From contig JAANOX010000232.1 in NCBI GenBank assembly GCA_020184695.1, positions 1-64,000 of the forward strand: a DNA stretch of 64,000 nucleotides, given 5' to 3'. Within the stretch, counting starts at the first letter, position 1, and each line of letters begins with the position of its first letter. This DNA comes from Histomonas meleagridis 2922-C6/04-290x. Its lineage: Eukaryota; Protista; Parabasalia. A program made the position numbers and the translations under genes. Under the pieces are notes generated by a model, which had not been told where the DNA came from, did not search any database, and saw only the letters and a program-made list of their open reading frames with translations. This document shows positions 1 to 10,814 of this stretch, one piece after another.

Positions 1-26
1 TTTTTCAAAAACTTTACACAGATATC

Positions 27-1276
27 ATGAACAACTATAAAAAGATACGTGCACCAGGAAGATTTTCAAAGATAACTCCTAGCAAAAGTCTCTACACGCA
101 CAGGAAAAGAGACTATATCATAAAGAGATATCACAAAATATAAAGCAAACGCAACTGAATCTCAAATCACTTGCAGAAATGGACAATCCCTAATATTATA
201 AAATACATTGAATCTTATGGGGATAATCCACCAATAATTATTATCTGTGTACATAGGATCTGCAGATGGAAACGATTTAGATAAATAAAAATTAAAAGTT
301 TTCCTGGTGTAATTTCCAGAAGACAAAGTTTTATATTATTTCATTCAAATTGTGGAGTGCAGTGAAAATATCTTCTATGATCGAAAAATTATTCATCGTG
401 ATATAAAACCACAAAATATTTTTATTACAAAAGATGATATTATCAAACTTGGTGATTTTGGTTCAGCAAAGTCATATGAAAACTAATTTTTAGAAAGATG
501 CTGAAGGAACCGACTATTATATATGGCACCTGAAATCATTCATTACGAGAAATACGATTTTAAAGTAGACATATGGTCTGCTTGGTTTGCGTTCTCTGTG
601 GAAAATGTGTATCACCATCCCTTACCCAGGTGAAAGAGAGGGAATGGTTGACGCTATTAAAAGGAAGCCCGAACGTATTCCTCCTGAATATAGTAAAGAC
701 TTACAAAATCTAATTAACAAAATGTTATCAATGAGTCCGAATTCTCGTCTGGTCAACGACGAAATTCTTTCCACGCCATTTATTCTTAAAAAGATTCATG
801 AGCTTATTGTAATAAGACCTTCTTGTCTTCATCAAAATCCCATAAAAGTAAAATTAGTTTTACTTGGATTAAAAAAAGGGAAATCACGGATTTTAGAAGG
901 TCTTACAAATTATTGTTGTGAATCCCATTTAGGGAATATGAAAATCTTTTTAAGAGAACAAAATGTCGAGTTAACGGTTTTGGACACCCCATTTAACGAT
1001 AACTACGGTTTTGCAAGTCACGTTTTCTATCGTTGCGCTAATATATTTCTTATTTGTTTTTCTCCCAATAGTCGTAAAACATATGAAGATGCCATAGAAT
1101 GTTATAATAATATCAAAGTGTTTCGGAATGACGGAATTATTTGTTTATGTGGCGATGATAGTAATGTTTCATTAGTGAGGGTTTTTCATTCAATGATACA
1201 TTTTGAGAGCACCTTAAAATTGATTGCTATTTTGAAACATTTTTGGATAGTAGCATTAATGTATGATGCTGAATGA
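27..1276 (+). pseudogene. Disrupted NEK-like Ser/Thr kinase fused to a degenerate Ras/Rho-like small GTPase domain
   Basis: MNNYKKIR start at 27. [28 protein letters not shown] at 391-474 is followed by a stop at 484-486. YMAPE and KVDIWS lie in shifted frames. ORF 587-1276 gives the kinase C-lobe (YSKDLQNLINKML) then KLVLLG..GKS / VLDT / FLICFS GTPase-like motifs. Confidence 0.75.
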
Positions 1277-2046
1277 AAGTGTTGTTATATGGCTGAATAA
1301 AATGAAGAACTTTCAAACATTGTTACCCGGACTCGATATAAATTCATTTGACAAAACAAAAAATGGCTGTACATTTACATAAAATTGTTTTATTTTTAAT
1401 TTTTTTTTATTGATAAATCGCTGAATAGAAAATAAAGTATATTAAATAAACATGTTTTACATCTTCGCAATGTTGTTTGTTATACTCTTAGTTTTATAAT
1501 TTCATAACTATTTCTCAATGTGTTAATTAGAAAACTTCTTTTTGTTTGCGGAGCAAAGTGAAGCAAATAACGCGAAGCGCATTCTTATAGAAAATAAAGA
1601 ATATTCTAGATGCAATTTTTTTTCATTGTAATTTCGAAATTTTATAATTATATAGCTTCATCAGCTTTTTTATTCAGATTGATGATAAATTTAAAAAAAA
1701 AAATGTTATGAGATTTAATGTCATAAGAAAAGAGCTCTTCCACACAAACCACAAAAACAAGAATTTTCCCAGAATAACCGCAATATCGAAAAAACGTATT
1801 TTAACGTACTAATTCCAAAATATATTATGTATAAAAAAGCATACACATCAGGATACACAAATGTTGATATAATTGGAAATGAAGACCTGTTCCCAAACGA
1901 AGGATATGACTTTCCACCTCGTCGAGCACCAAGAAAATTACTAAGCACGAAAAATTCACCATTATTTCCATTAAATTCCAAAAATCAATTCAAAAATCAC
2001 AACCCATCGCATCCCCACACCACCACATCGATATGTAGATCCAGTT

Positions 2047-3012
2047 ATGACAAATTTAAGAGGAAATCAATCTCAACGAATACGCCAAGCCGTTATGACC
2101 ACTCGGAAAAATCAAATCAAATATGCACAAGAGAAGCGACGTTATGAAGATGAACTTCAAGAACAAGAAGAAGAAATTCAACTTGAGCAATTCAAACTCT
2201 CCAAACAAAAAGAAGAAAAAGAGCGCCTAAAGACTATCAAAAAGAAAAAAGAACTCGAAGCCACTTATAAGCAACAACTTGCTGATGTTGCTGCACGTAA
2301 AAAGCGAGAACGCGATGAAGAGATTGCATATGAAAATGAACTTAAGAAACAAGATATCGAACTCCAAAAGCAAGAAAACATTCGACAAGAGAAACTTCGA
2401 CAACTTGCCAAAGAGCGCCGGGAAGAATTCATCAAGAAGAACGAAGAGTTACTAATGCGCAAAGAGCGACGAATTGAAGAAGATCTCGAATACGAGAAAA
2501 AGATCCAAAAAGAAAACGCGGAAATGCAGCAGCGTCAAGAAGAGCGACGTAAGGAAGATGAAAGACGTCGATATATGCGCACAGAGATACGAAATCGATT
2601 CATCGAAGCGCAGACGAAAGAACTTGCAAAGAAAACGCAACGCGAAGAACGAATTTTAGACGCCGCTGAATCGGCAGCACTAAAAGCACAAGAGGAACGA
2701 ATTGCAGCGATGCAAACAGCGAAAGAAAACTTGGAAAAGGAAAGACACGACTATTGGCTGATGTTACAAAGGGAAAAAACAGCGCGAAGGAAAACAAGGC
2801 CGAAGAAACCATATCCATATCACAATGATAATGGTTACGATGAAGAGAAACATAAACAAATGCAAAGGAAAATGGAAGAAGACAAAATTAGGCAGTTCCA
2901 GTTGAAGCAAATAGAGGAAAGAAAACAAAGGGAAAAGAAAGAGATAGAAGAGGATAGAGAATTGGATAAGAAAATGTTACAGTGCAGTATATTTAATGAA
3001 GAAGAATGGTGA
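2047..3012 (+). CDS. E/K/R/Q-rich coiled-coil protein, trichohyalin-plectin-homology (TPH; CFAP45/CFAP53/MNS1-like) type
   Basis: 321-aa continuous charged coiled coil. A possible N-terminal extension from ATG 1827 would need a frameshift near 1975-1995. Confidence 0.6.
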   Translation: MTNLRGNQSQRIRQAVMTTRKNQIKYAQEKRRYEDELQEQEEEIQLEQFKLSKQKEEKERLKTIKKKKELEATYKQQLADVAARKKRERDEEIAYENELKKQDIELQKQENIRQEKLRQLAKERREEFIKKNEELLMRKERRIEEDLEYEKKIQKENAEMQQRQEERRKEDERRRYMRTEIRNRFIEAQTKELAKKTQREERILDAAESAALKAQEERIAAMQTAKENLEKERHDYWLMLQREKTARRKTRPKKPYPYHNDNGYDEEKHKQMQRKMEEDKIRQFQLKQIEERKQREKKEIEEDRELDKKMLQCSIFNEEEW

Positions 3013-3122
3013 AAAATTATAAATTATATAAAATTTTAAAATTATGGAATTTGTTGTTTGTTATTGTTTAAACTCATAAATTGTTCTATATGTCTGAACT
3101 AATGAACATTTAAGCTTTAATT

Positions 3123-3127
3123 TCATT
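3123..3127 (+). promoter_or_regulatory. Trichomonad-type initiator (Inr) TCATT upstream of the array protein gene; repeated in each unit
   Basis: tttTCATTttttaattATG, 13 nt before the ATG; matches the known TCA(T/C)(T/A) Inr consensus. Confidence 0.55.
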
Positions 3128-3135
3128 TTTTAATT

Positions 3136-3789
3136 ATGTTTGGTTATTTTACTGATCCATTTTATGATCCATTCGAATATAGACCAATAAGGATTTATCA
3201 TCCATTTAATGCGATGAATAGATACTTTAATAATCTTGAACATCGTTTAAATTCCTTATTTGCTGATGCATTTGATGAAGAATTTAATAATATGATTGAA
3301 CAAGATAAACCTAAAGAAGAGAAAGAACAAAAAGGAACAAAAAAAGAAGAAAAAAACCTAAAGAAGAAACACAACAAAAAGATTGTTAAAAAAAGAATGA
3401 AAAATTATATTCCACAAAATTATTATAGAACTTATTCATCACAAAGATACTTTAATGGTAATGAAAAAAATTCGAAGAAATGCGTGAACAAGCTAATGAT
3501 GTTCATAAAACATATATTTCTAAAATTAAAAGAATGGGTAATCGTAGGGTTCAAGAAGATAAAGGTGAAGATAAAGAAGGTAAGAAAAACAACTAAAGAA
3601 ACTTGGCATAATGTTGGTGAAGATGAAATTGATGCATTTGAAAATGAATGGTCTTTAAGACGTGGTATTGAAGCTATTGGTAGTAAAAATGAAGAAAAAC
3701 CTGCAATTAAATCAGAAAATACAGAGAAAAAAGAAGAACCTAAAGAAGAAACTAAGGAAGAACCTAAAGAAACAAAAGAACAACAATAA
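3136..3789 (+). CDS. Myeloid leukemia factor (MLF)-like protein, array copy 1 (local compensating frameshifts)
   Basis: Consensus across copies is YYRTYSSQRY..EEIREQTNDGDKTYISKIKRIGNRWVQVDEVVDKEGKKTTKETWHNVGEDEIDAFENEW. This resembles the MLF C-terminal core (..I.DR....TG...Q...NL.E.E..AF..EW). The N-terminus is DPF-rich. Confidence 0.6.
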   Translation: MFGYFTDPFYDPFEYRPIRIYHPFNAMNRYFNNLEHRLNSLFADAFDEEFNNMIEQDKPKEEKEQKGTKKEEKNLKKKHNKKIVKKRMKNYIPQNYYRTYSSQRYFNGNEKNSKKCVNKLMMFIKHIFLKLKEWVIVGFKKIKVKIKKVRKTTKETWHNVGEDEIDAFENEWSLRRGIEAIGSKNEEKPAIKSENTEKKEEPKEETKEEPKETKEQQ

Positions 3790-3961
3790 AAATATTAAAT
3801 AAAAATATAAATTAATTAAATTTTATATTCTTTTTTTAAAATTAAATTAATAAATCATTAATAAATAAATCATTAATAAATAAATCATTATCAAGTTAAA
3901 TTATTAATTTTTTATTAATTAATTATTCAAAATATAATTTTATATTAATGTAAAAATAAAT

Positions 3962-3967
3962 AAAAAA
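3962..3967 (-). terminator. Pol III oligo-T terminator (T6) after 5S rRNA; also at 5160-5165 and 6358-6363
   Basis: A6 on the + strand immediately abuts the 5S 3' end in all three copies. Confidence 0.8.
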
Positions 3968-4085
3968 GGAAGCAGCACCATACGTTCCCAGGAAGTCTCC
4001 CAGCCTAGTACTGATATGGCCCGCGATTGCTTAATTTCCAGGTTCGAAATGGAGCTGGATGTATCCAATCGGGTATGGCCGCTTC
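3968..4085 (-). rRNA. 5S: 5S rRNA copy 1
   Basis: 118 nt, GAAGCGGCCATACC...TTAAGC...AGTACTAGGCTGGGAGACTTCCTGGGAA...GGTGCTGCTTCC. Helix I pairs GAAGCGGC with GCTGCTTC; box A/box C-like internal elements and a T6 terminator are present. Confidence 0.96.
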
Positions 4086-4332
4086 AATAATATGTTTTAT
4101 TATACATTCTTAATACTTAATATTTATTAATTAAAATTTTATTTAAATGACATTGGGGGGTCTTTTTTATCATCACTTTCATTTTTCTTCTAATATAAAC
4201 CATACAAAAGTCAACGATACATATTTTTTAAAAGTTATTTGATCGGTTATTTAATTCCTGAAAAATTCAATTAATGTGGTGATTTAAATTCTGAACTAAT
4301 GAACATTTAAGCTTTAATTTCATTTTTTAATT

Positions 4333-4984
4333 ATGTTTGGTTATTTTACTGATCCATTTTATGATCCATTCGAATATAGACCAATAAGGATTTATCATCC
4401 ATTTAATGCGATGAATAGATACTTTAATAATCTTGAACATCGTTTAAATTCCTTATTTGCTGATGCATTTGATGAAGAATTTAATAATATGATTGAACAA
4501 GATAAACCTAAAGAAGAGAAAGAACAAAAGGAACAAAAAGAGAAGAAAAAAACCTAAAGAAGAAACACAACAAAAAGATTGTTAAAAAAAGAATGAAAAA
4601 TTATATTCCACAAAAGTTATTATAGAACTTATTCATCACAAAGATACTTTAATGGTAATGAAAAATTCGAAGAAATTCGTGAACAAACTAATGATGGTGA
4701 TAAAACATATATTTCTAAAATTAAAAGAATTGGTAATCGTTGGGTTCAAGTAGATGAAGTTGTAGATAAAGAAGGTAAGAAAACAACTAAAGAAACTTGG
4801 CATAATGTTGGTGAAGATGAAATTGATGCATTTGAAAATGAATGGTCTTTAAGACGTGGTATTGAAGCTATTGGTAGTAAAAATGAAGAAAAACCTGCAA
4901 TTAAATCAGAAAATACAGAGAAAAAAGAAGAACCTAAAGAAGAAACTAAGGAAGAACCTAAAGAAACAAAAAGAACAACAATAA
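4333..4984 (+). CDS. MLF-like protein, array copy 2 (frameshifted in A-runs: assembly error or pseudogene)
   Basis: Near-identical to copy 1; reading frame broken near 4545-4600. Confidence 0.55.
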
Positions 4985-5165
4985 AAATATTAAATAAAAA
5001 TATAAATTAATTAAATTTTATATTCTTTTTTTTTTAAAATTAAATTAATAAATCATTAATAAATAAATCATTAATAAATAAATCATTATCAAGTTAAATT
5101 ATTAATTTTTTATTAATTAATTATTCAAAATATAATTTTATATTAATGTAAAAATAAATAAAAAA

Positions 5166-5283
5166 GGAAGCAGCACCATACGTTCCCAGGAAGTCTCCCA
5201 GCCTAGTACTGATATGGCCCGCGATTGCTTAATTTCCAGGTTCGAAATGGAGCTGGATGTATCCAATCGGGTATGGCCGCTTC
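5166..5283 (-). rRNA. 5S: 5S rRNA copy 2
   Basis: Identical to copy 1. Confidence 0.96.
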
Positions 5284-5531
5284 AATAATATGTTTTATTA
5301 TACATTCTTAATACTTAATATTTATTAATTAAAATTTTATTTAAATGACATTGGGGGGTCTTTTTTATCATCACTTTCATTTTTCTTCTAATATAAACCA
5401 TACAAAAGTCAACGATACATATTTTTTAAAAGTTATTTGATCGGTTATTTAATTCCTGAAAAATTTCAATTAATGTGGTGATTTAAATTCTGAACTAATG
5501 AACATTTAAGCTTTAATTTCATTTTTTAATT

Positions 5532-6185
5532 ATGTTTGGTTATTTTACTGATCCATTTTATGATCCATTCGAATATAGACCAATAAGGATTTATCATCCA
5601 TTTAATGCGATGAATAGATACTTTAATAATCTTGAACATCGTTTAAATTCCTTATTTGCTGATGCATTTGATGAAGAATTTAATAATATGATTGAACAAG
5701 ATAAACCTAAAGAAGAGAAAGAACAAAAGGAACACAAAAAGAAGAAAAAAACCTAAAGAAGAAACACAACAAAAGTTTGTTAAAAAAAGAATGAAAAATT
5801 ATATTCCACAAAAATTATTATAGAACTTATTCATCACAAAGATACTTTAATGGTAATGAAAAAAATTCGAAGAAATTCGTGAACAAACTAATGATGGTGA
5901 TAAAAACATATATTTCTAAAATTAAAAGAATTGGTAATCGTTGGGTTCAAGTAGATGAAGTTGTAGATAAAGAAGGTAAGAAAACAACTAAAGAAACTTG
6001 GCATAATGTTGGTGAAGATGAAATTGATGCATTTGAAAATGAATGGTCTTTAAGACGTGGTATTGAAGCTATTGGTAGTAAAAATGAAGAAAAACCTGCA
6101 ATTAAATCAGAAAATACAGAGAAAAAAGAAGAACCTAAAGAAGAAACTAAGGAAGAACCTAAAGAAACAAAAAGAACAACAATAA
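5532..6185 (+). CDS. MLF-like protein, array copy 3 (frameshifted in A-runs)
   Basis: Near-identical to the other copies; split into ORFs 5532-5756 and 5879-6211. Confidence 0.55.
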
Positions 6186-6363
6186 AAATATTAAATAAAA
6201 ATATAAATTAATTAAATTTTATATTCTTTTTTTAAAATTAAATTAATAAATCATTAATAAATAAATCATTAATAAATAAATCATTATCAAGTTAAATTAT
6301 TAATTTTTTATTAATTAATTATTCAAAATATAATTTTATATTAATGTAAAAATAAATAAAAAA

Positions 6364-6481
6364 GGAAGCAGCACCATACGTTCCCAGGAAGTCTCCCAGC
6401 CTAGTACTGATATGGCCCGCGATTGCTTAATTTCCAGGTTCGAAATGGAGCTGGATGTATCCAATCGGGTATGGCCGCTTC
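6364..6481 (-). rRNA. 5S: 5S rRNA copy 3
   Basis: Identical to copy 1. Confidence 0.96.
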
Positions 6482-6730
6482 AATAATATGTTTTATTATA
6501 CATTCTTAATACTTAATATTTATTAATTAAAAATTTTATTTAAACGACATTGGGGGGTCATTTTTCTCATCACTTTCAATTTTCTTCTCATATAAACCAT
6601 ACAAAAGTCAACGATACATATTTTTTTAAAAGTTATTTGATCGGTTATTTAATTCCTGAAAAATTCAATTAATGTGGTGATTTAAATTCTGAACTAATGA
6701 ACATTTAAGCTTTAATTTCATTTTTTAATT

Positions 6731-7376
6731 ATGTTTGGTTATTTTACTGATCCATTTTATGATCCATTCGAATATAGACCAATAAGGATTTATCATCCAT
6801 TTAATGCGATGAATAGATACTTTAATAATCTTGAACATCGTTTAAATTCCTTATTTGCTGATGCATTTGATGAAGAATTTAATAATATGATTGAACAAGA
6901 TAAACCTAAAGAAGAGAAAGAACAAAAGGAAAAAAAAGAAGAAAAAAACCTAAAGAAGAAACACAACAAAAGATCGCTAAAAAGAATGAAAATTATATTC
7001 CACAAAAATTATTATAGAACTTATTCATCACAAAGATACTTTAATGGGAATGAAAAATTCGAAGAAATTCGTGAACAAACTAATGATGGTGATAAAACAT
7101 ATATTTCTAAAATTAAAAGAATTGGTAATCGTTGGGTTCAAGTAGATGAAGTTGTAGATAAAGAAGGTAAGAAAACAACTAAAGAAACTTGGCATAATGT
7201 TGGTGAAGATGAAAATTGATGCATTTGAAAATGAATGGTCTTTAAGACGTGGTATTGAAGCTATTGGTAGTAAAAATGAAGAAAAACCTGCAATTAAATC
7301 AGAAAATACAGAGAAAAAAGAAGAACCTAAAGAAGAAACTAAGGAAGAACCTAAAGAAACAAAAGAACAACAATAA
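6731..7376 (+). CDS. MLF-like protein, array copy 4 (extra A near 7212-7216 shifts the frame)
   Basis: ORF 6731-7219 plus a 3' part ending EQQ-TAA at 7376. Confidence 0.55.
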
Positions 7377-7882
7377 AAATATTAAATAAAAATATAAATT
7401 AATTAAATTTTATATTCTTTTTTTAAAATTAAATTAATAAATCATTAATAAATAAATCATTAATTTCAAATATTTTTATAAATCAAATCAAAATGCAAAT
7501 CATATATATATATATTCTCAATCTATGTCTTCATAAACAATATTATTATTACACCAACTAATGAATATAAAATAATAAATACCATCAATCAATTTTAAAT
7601 ATTTTTAATTCAATGTTGTAAAAAATAAACCACAGAAAAAGTCGGACGACGGTTAAAAGTGACACGTGGCACTGAAAAACTCAATCAACCAAATAAGTAA
7701 TCAAAGATTTGATAACATATTTCTGTCTGAGTACGTTAAGGGTGTAGTCCGACCAGATATGCATCTTTTAATTTTTCAAATAATGTTTCTTTTTTTTTCT
7801 TGTTTAAAATCTTTTTTTATTTTCCATAGCAAAATTTATATGTTTCTATTTATTCAAAAAATAACAAACAACAAATACTGTT

Positions 7883-10639
7883 TTATCCTTGTGAAACAGT
7901 GGGCAAAAATGGTTTTATTGGTGCTCTTTTAGGGTTCCATCCCAATGGTATAATTTTCTTCTGCACCAAAGAAGCGCTTTTTGGTAAAATAATTTTAGGC
8001 GCTCTCATAGACTTAGCGGACAGCAGCGGCGGCGGCGTTTGCCTTGGCAAGTTTAGAGCAAATCCACCACCAACGTAATGTAAATCTTTTAAGATGTTCT
8101 TTGTGTTATTTATTGCTGATGTGCTTGCTCTAATATTGTCAACTTTCTTTTTGGCTTCATTATATTCAGATTTCTCGTCAAGAATTAAAGATCTCATTAA
8201 ATCGATTTGTTCCTTTTGGTCATTTACTGTACCTTTTCTTTCGTTTAATTTATTCTCGTATGAATGGAGTTGTGATATTTTATGTTGAAGAATTTTGTTC
8301 CAATATTTATATTCTTCTTTAATATCATTATTATATCCTTTCAACACATGCTTCGATAAAGAATCGTTCTTTAGTTTTAACCTTTCTTCTAAAATTTTTA
8401 ATCTTTGAATTGAATTAATTTGAGTCATAATTCGATCTCTTAATTTAATACTTGTTTGAATTAAACGATATAATTCAGGATCTGAGCCTTCTAATAAACG
8501 CCATGGGTGAACATTCATTGGTCTATCCATTTCTTCTTGAATTGCTTTTCCCTTACATTGTTCCATCAAAATCGACTTCTGAATTCTGACTTTTTCAAAG
8601 CAAAGTTCTTTGAAATGTTTTGAATGATTCTGTAGTTTATTTCTTTCATTCAGTTCATATTCAATTTTTTCTTTGAGGTTTTGAATTACTTCAATTTGTT
8701 TTTTGTATTTTGACGCGCCGATTAATATTAGACCGTTTAAAGTATCTATTTTCGATTTGACAACAGAAATCTCTTTCATTTTTTTAGATATTTCTATGTT
8801 GAGATTAGTGTGAATGAACTCCAAATCTTTTTTAATTTGTTTTTGTTTCACTAAATCAATTTCAGCTTGCTTAATTAAGTATAAATTTCGTTGAATTTTG
8901 TTACGTTGTTCAGTAGTTTGATCGTCGAATTCTTTTGTTTTAATTTCGATTTCTTTTTTATTTTTTACTGTTTTTGTTATTAATTTATTAATTTTCTTTC
9001 TATTCATTCTTTCTTCTTTATACATTTTATCTTTTTCTAAAATTGTATTTTTTAAACTTTTTATATTATTTTCTAATTGTATATTATATTCATTTAATTT
9101 ATTGTTTTCCGAAATTGTAGTTTCAAGTTGTCTTTTACATATATCTCTATTGTTTTGCATTGTTTCTAGTATAACATTTTGATGATTAATTTGGGATTTT
9201 AAATTTGTTAAATTTAAATTCAATTCATCGATTTGTTGTTCTTTAATTTTTACTTCTTCAATTATTTGTTTGTGATTCGAAATTATATTTACAGTATTTG
9301 TTTGATAATTTTCGATTTCAGTGTTTATTTTATTTATTAAATTCTTATCATCAATTTCTTTTTTTTCGAATTTCGCAATTTCATTTGTAACTACTAATGA
9401 TTGTAATTCAGTTGTTTTTGTTTCTTTTGTTTCTTCGACTTTTTTCGTTGAGATTTTATTGTTTTCATATCGATTTAAATCAATTTCACGTTTTAGTGAT
9501 GAGTTTTGTAATTCTTTCGAATGTTTATTCGATTTTAATATATGTATTTCATTTTGTTTTGTTGAAAGTTCATTTCTCTTTTGGGATTTTTCATTTATTA
9601 TTTTTTCATGTAATTTCTTTTCGTTTATTAAATCTTGCTTTTGCTTTTTAATGTTTTCATTTTCTTCTTTAAGTTTTTGCTGAAAATTTTCTTTTTCTTT
9701 TTTCTTTTGATTTATTATATCATTTATTTCGTTTATTTCTTCTAGTTTTTGATCATTTTCTTTCGCTTTGTCTTCTTTAATTATTTGTATTGTTTTCTTG
9801 TTTTGTAAATTAAATTCTTTTTCATCAATTAAAGCTTTTTGATAATTTTCATCTTCGTTTAATATCGACTTTATTTCATAAAGTTTCTCTTTTTGTTCTT
9901 TAATCTTTTGTTTATTATCATCAAATGTTTTTAATAAATCCGAATTCTCGTTTTTTAGATTTAACAATGTTTGATATGTTTCATTTGTTTCTTTGGAAAT
10001 TTCAATGTTTTTATTTTGCTCTTTTTCAAGCTCACTAATTAACTGTTGGTTTTCTAAAGTTAATGAATTTGTGTTTTCTAAGATTTGAGCTTTAGATTGT
10101 ATGTTTTTTGTGACTTCATTTGTTAAAGATTTAATTTGTATTGATTGTGTCTCAGTTTCTTTCTTAAGAGATGTAACAGAATCTTGGATTTCTTGAAGTG
10201 TTAAATCTGATTGTTGTTGTTTACCTTCGTCAATACTTCTTGCAAGTGAATTGATTTCTTGTTTTAATCCTTCAATTACCTCATTAGTTTTTTCTTCTCG
10301 TTCTTGAGAAGCTTCTACTAATTTCCATGCTTTTTCAAATTCGAAACGTAAATTTATTAATGTTTTTTGGTCATCTTTTGATAAATTCATAATTGTGTTT
10401 ACTTTATTAGCATTAGCTAAAATTTCACTGTTTAAAGCCTTACATTTTTCAACCAATATCGCATTTTTTTCATGTGATTTAAGAAGTTCTGAATGAAGTT
10501 TTTCATATTCTTCTCTAAATTTTTCCAATGATTTATCAGTCATTAAATCTTGAACGACCTTATGAAATTCTTTTTCCATATCATTGGGATCAGTTGAATC
10601 ATTTGTATCATCATTATCATCCAATTTATTTTTTTTCAT
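7883..10639 (-). CDS. CFAP58: Cilia- and flagella-associated protein 58-like coiled-coil protein
   Basis: MEKEFHKVVQDLMTDKSLEKFREEYEKLH and RPMNVHPWRLLEGSDP match the conserved N- and C-terminal blocks of CFAP58/CCDC147. Confidence 0.85.
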   Translation of the reverse strand: MKKNKLDDNDDTNDSTDPNDMEKEFHKVVQDLMTDKSLEKFREEYEKLHSELLKSHEKNAILVEKCKALNSEILANANKVNTIMNLSKDDQKTLINLRFEFEKAWKLVEASQEREEKTNEVIEGLKQEINSLARSIDEGKQQQSDLTLQEIQDSVTSLKKETETQSIQIKSLTNEVTKNIQSKAQILENTNSLTLENQQLISELEKEQNKNIEISKETNETYQTLLNLKNENSDLLKTFDDNKQKIKEQKEKLYEIKSILNEDENYQKALIDEKEFNLQNKKTIQIIKEDKAKENDQKLEEINEINDIINQKKKEKENFQQKLKEENENIKKQKQDLINEKKLHEKIINEKSQKRNELSTKQNEIHILKSNKHSKELQNSSLKREIDLNRYENNKISTKKVEETKETKTTELQSLVVTNEIAKFEKKEIDDKNLINKINTEIENYQTNTVNIISNHKQIIEEVKIKEQQIDELNLNLTNLKSQINHQNVILETMQNNRDICKRQLETTISENNKLNEYNIQLENNIKSLKNTILEKDKMYKEERMNRKKINKLITKTVKNKKEIEIKTKEFDDQTTEQRNKIQRNLYLIKQAEIDLVKQKQIKKDLEFIHTNLNIEISKKMKEISVVKSKIDTLNGLILIGASKYKKQIEVIQNLKEKIEYELNERNKLQNHSKHFKELCFEKVRIQKSILMEQCKGKAIQEEMDRPMNVHPWRLLEGSDPELYRLIQTSIKLRDRIMTQINSIQRLKILEERLKLKNDSLSKHVLKGYNNDIKEEYKYWNKILQHKISQLHSYENKLNERKGTVNDQKEQIDLMRSLILDEKSEYNEAKKKVDNIRASTSAINNTKNILKDLHYVGGGFALNLPRQTPPPLLSAKSMRAPKIILPKSASLVQKKIIPLGWNPKRAPIKPFLPTVSQG

Positions 10640-10814
10640 GAATACATTCTATCGAAAAAAACGTTATTTTAGTAAAACTGGTTGTAAAAAATTAGCAGCA
10701 CTTTTCGATCGGTTTTAATAGAATCGCGTTCAAAAAGTGAAACCGAATAAAAACCGCCGATTTTAGTGGTTTATTTGAAAATAAACGGCGCAGTTTTTGG
10801 CGCTAAATTCTTTG

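Larger units (their letters stand above)
3093..7464. repeat. Tandem array of ~1198-bp units (about 3.65 units): protein gene (+) alternating with 5S rRNA gene (-)
   Basis: ORF starts at 3136, 4333, 5532 and 6731. 5S copies start at 3968, 5166 and 6364 (period 1198). Intergenic sequence is near-identical between units. Confidence 0.97.

Noticed and set aside
3840-3895. Triple TAAATCATTAATAAA repeat between the MLF-like gene and 5S
   Set aside because: Simple slippage repeat in AT-rich 3' spacer DNA with no independent signal.
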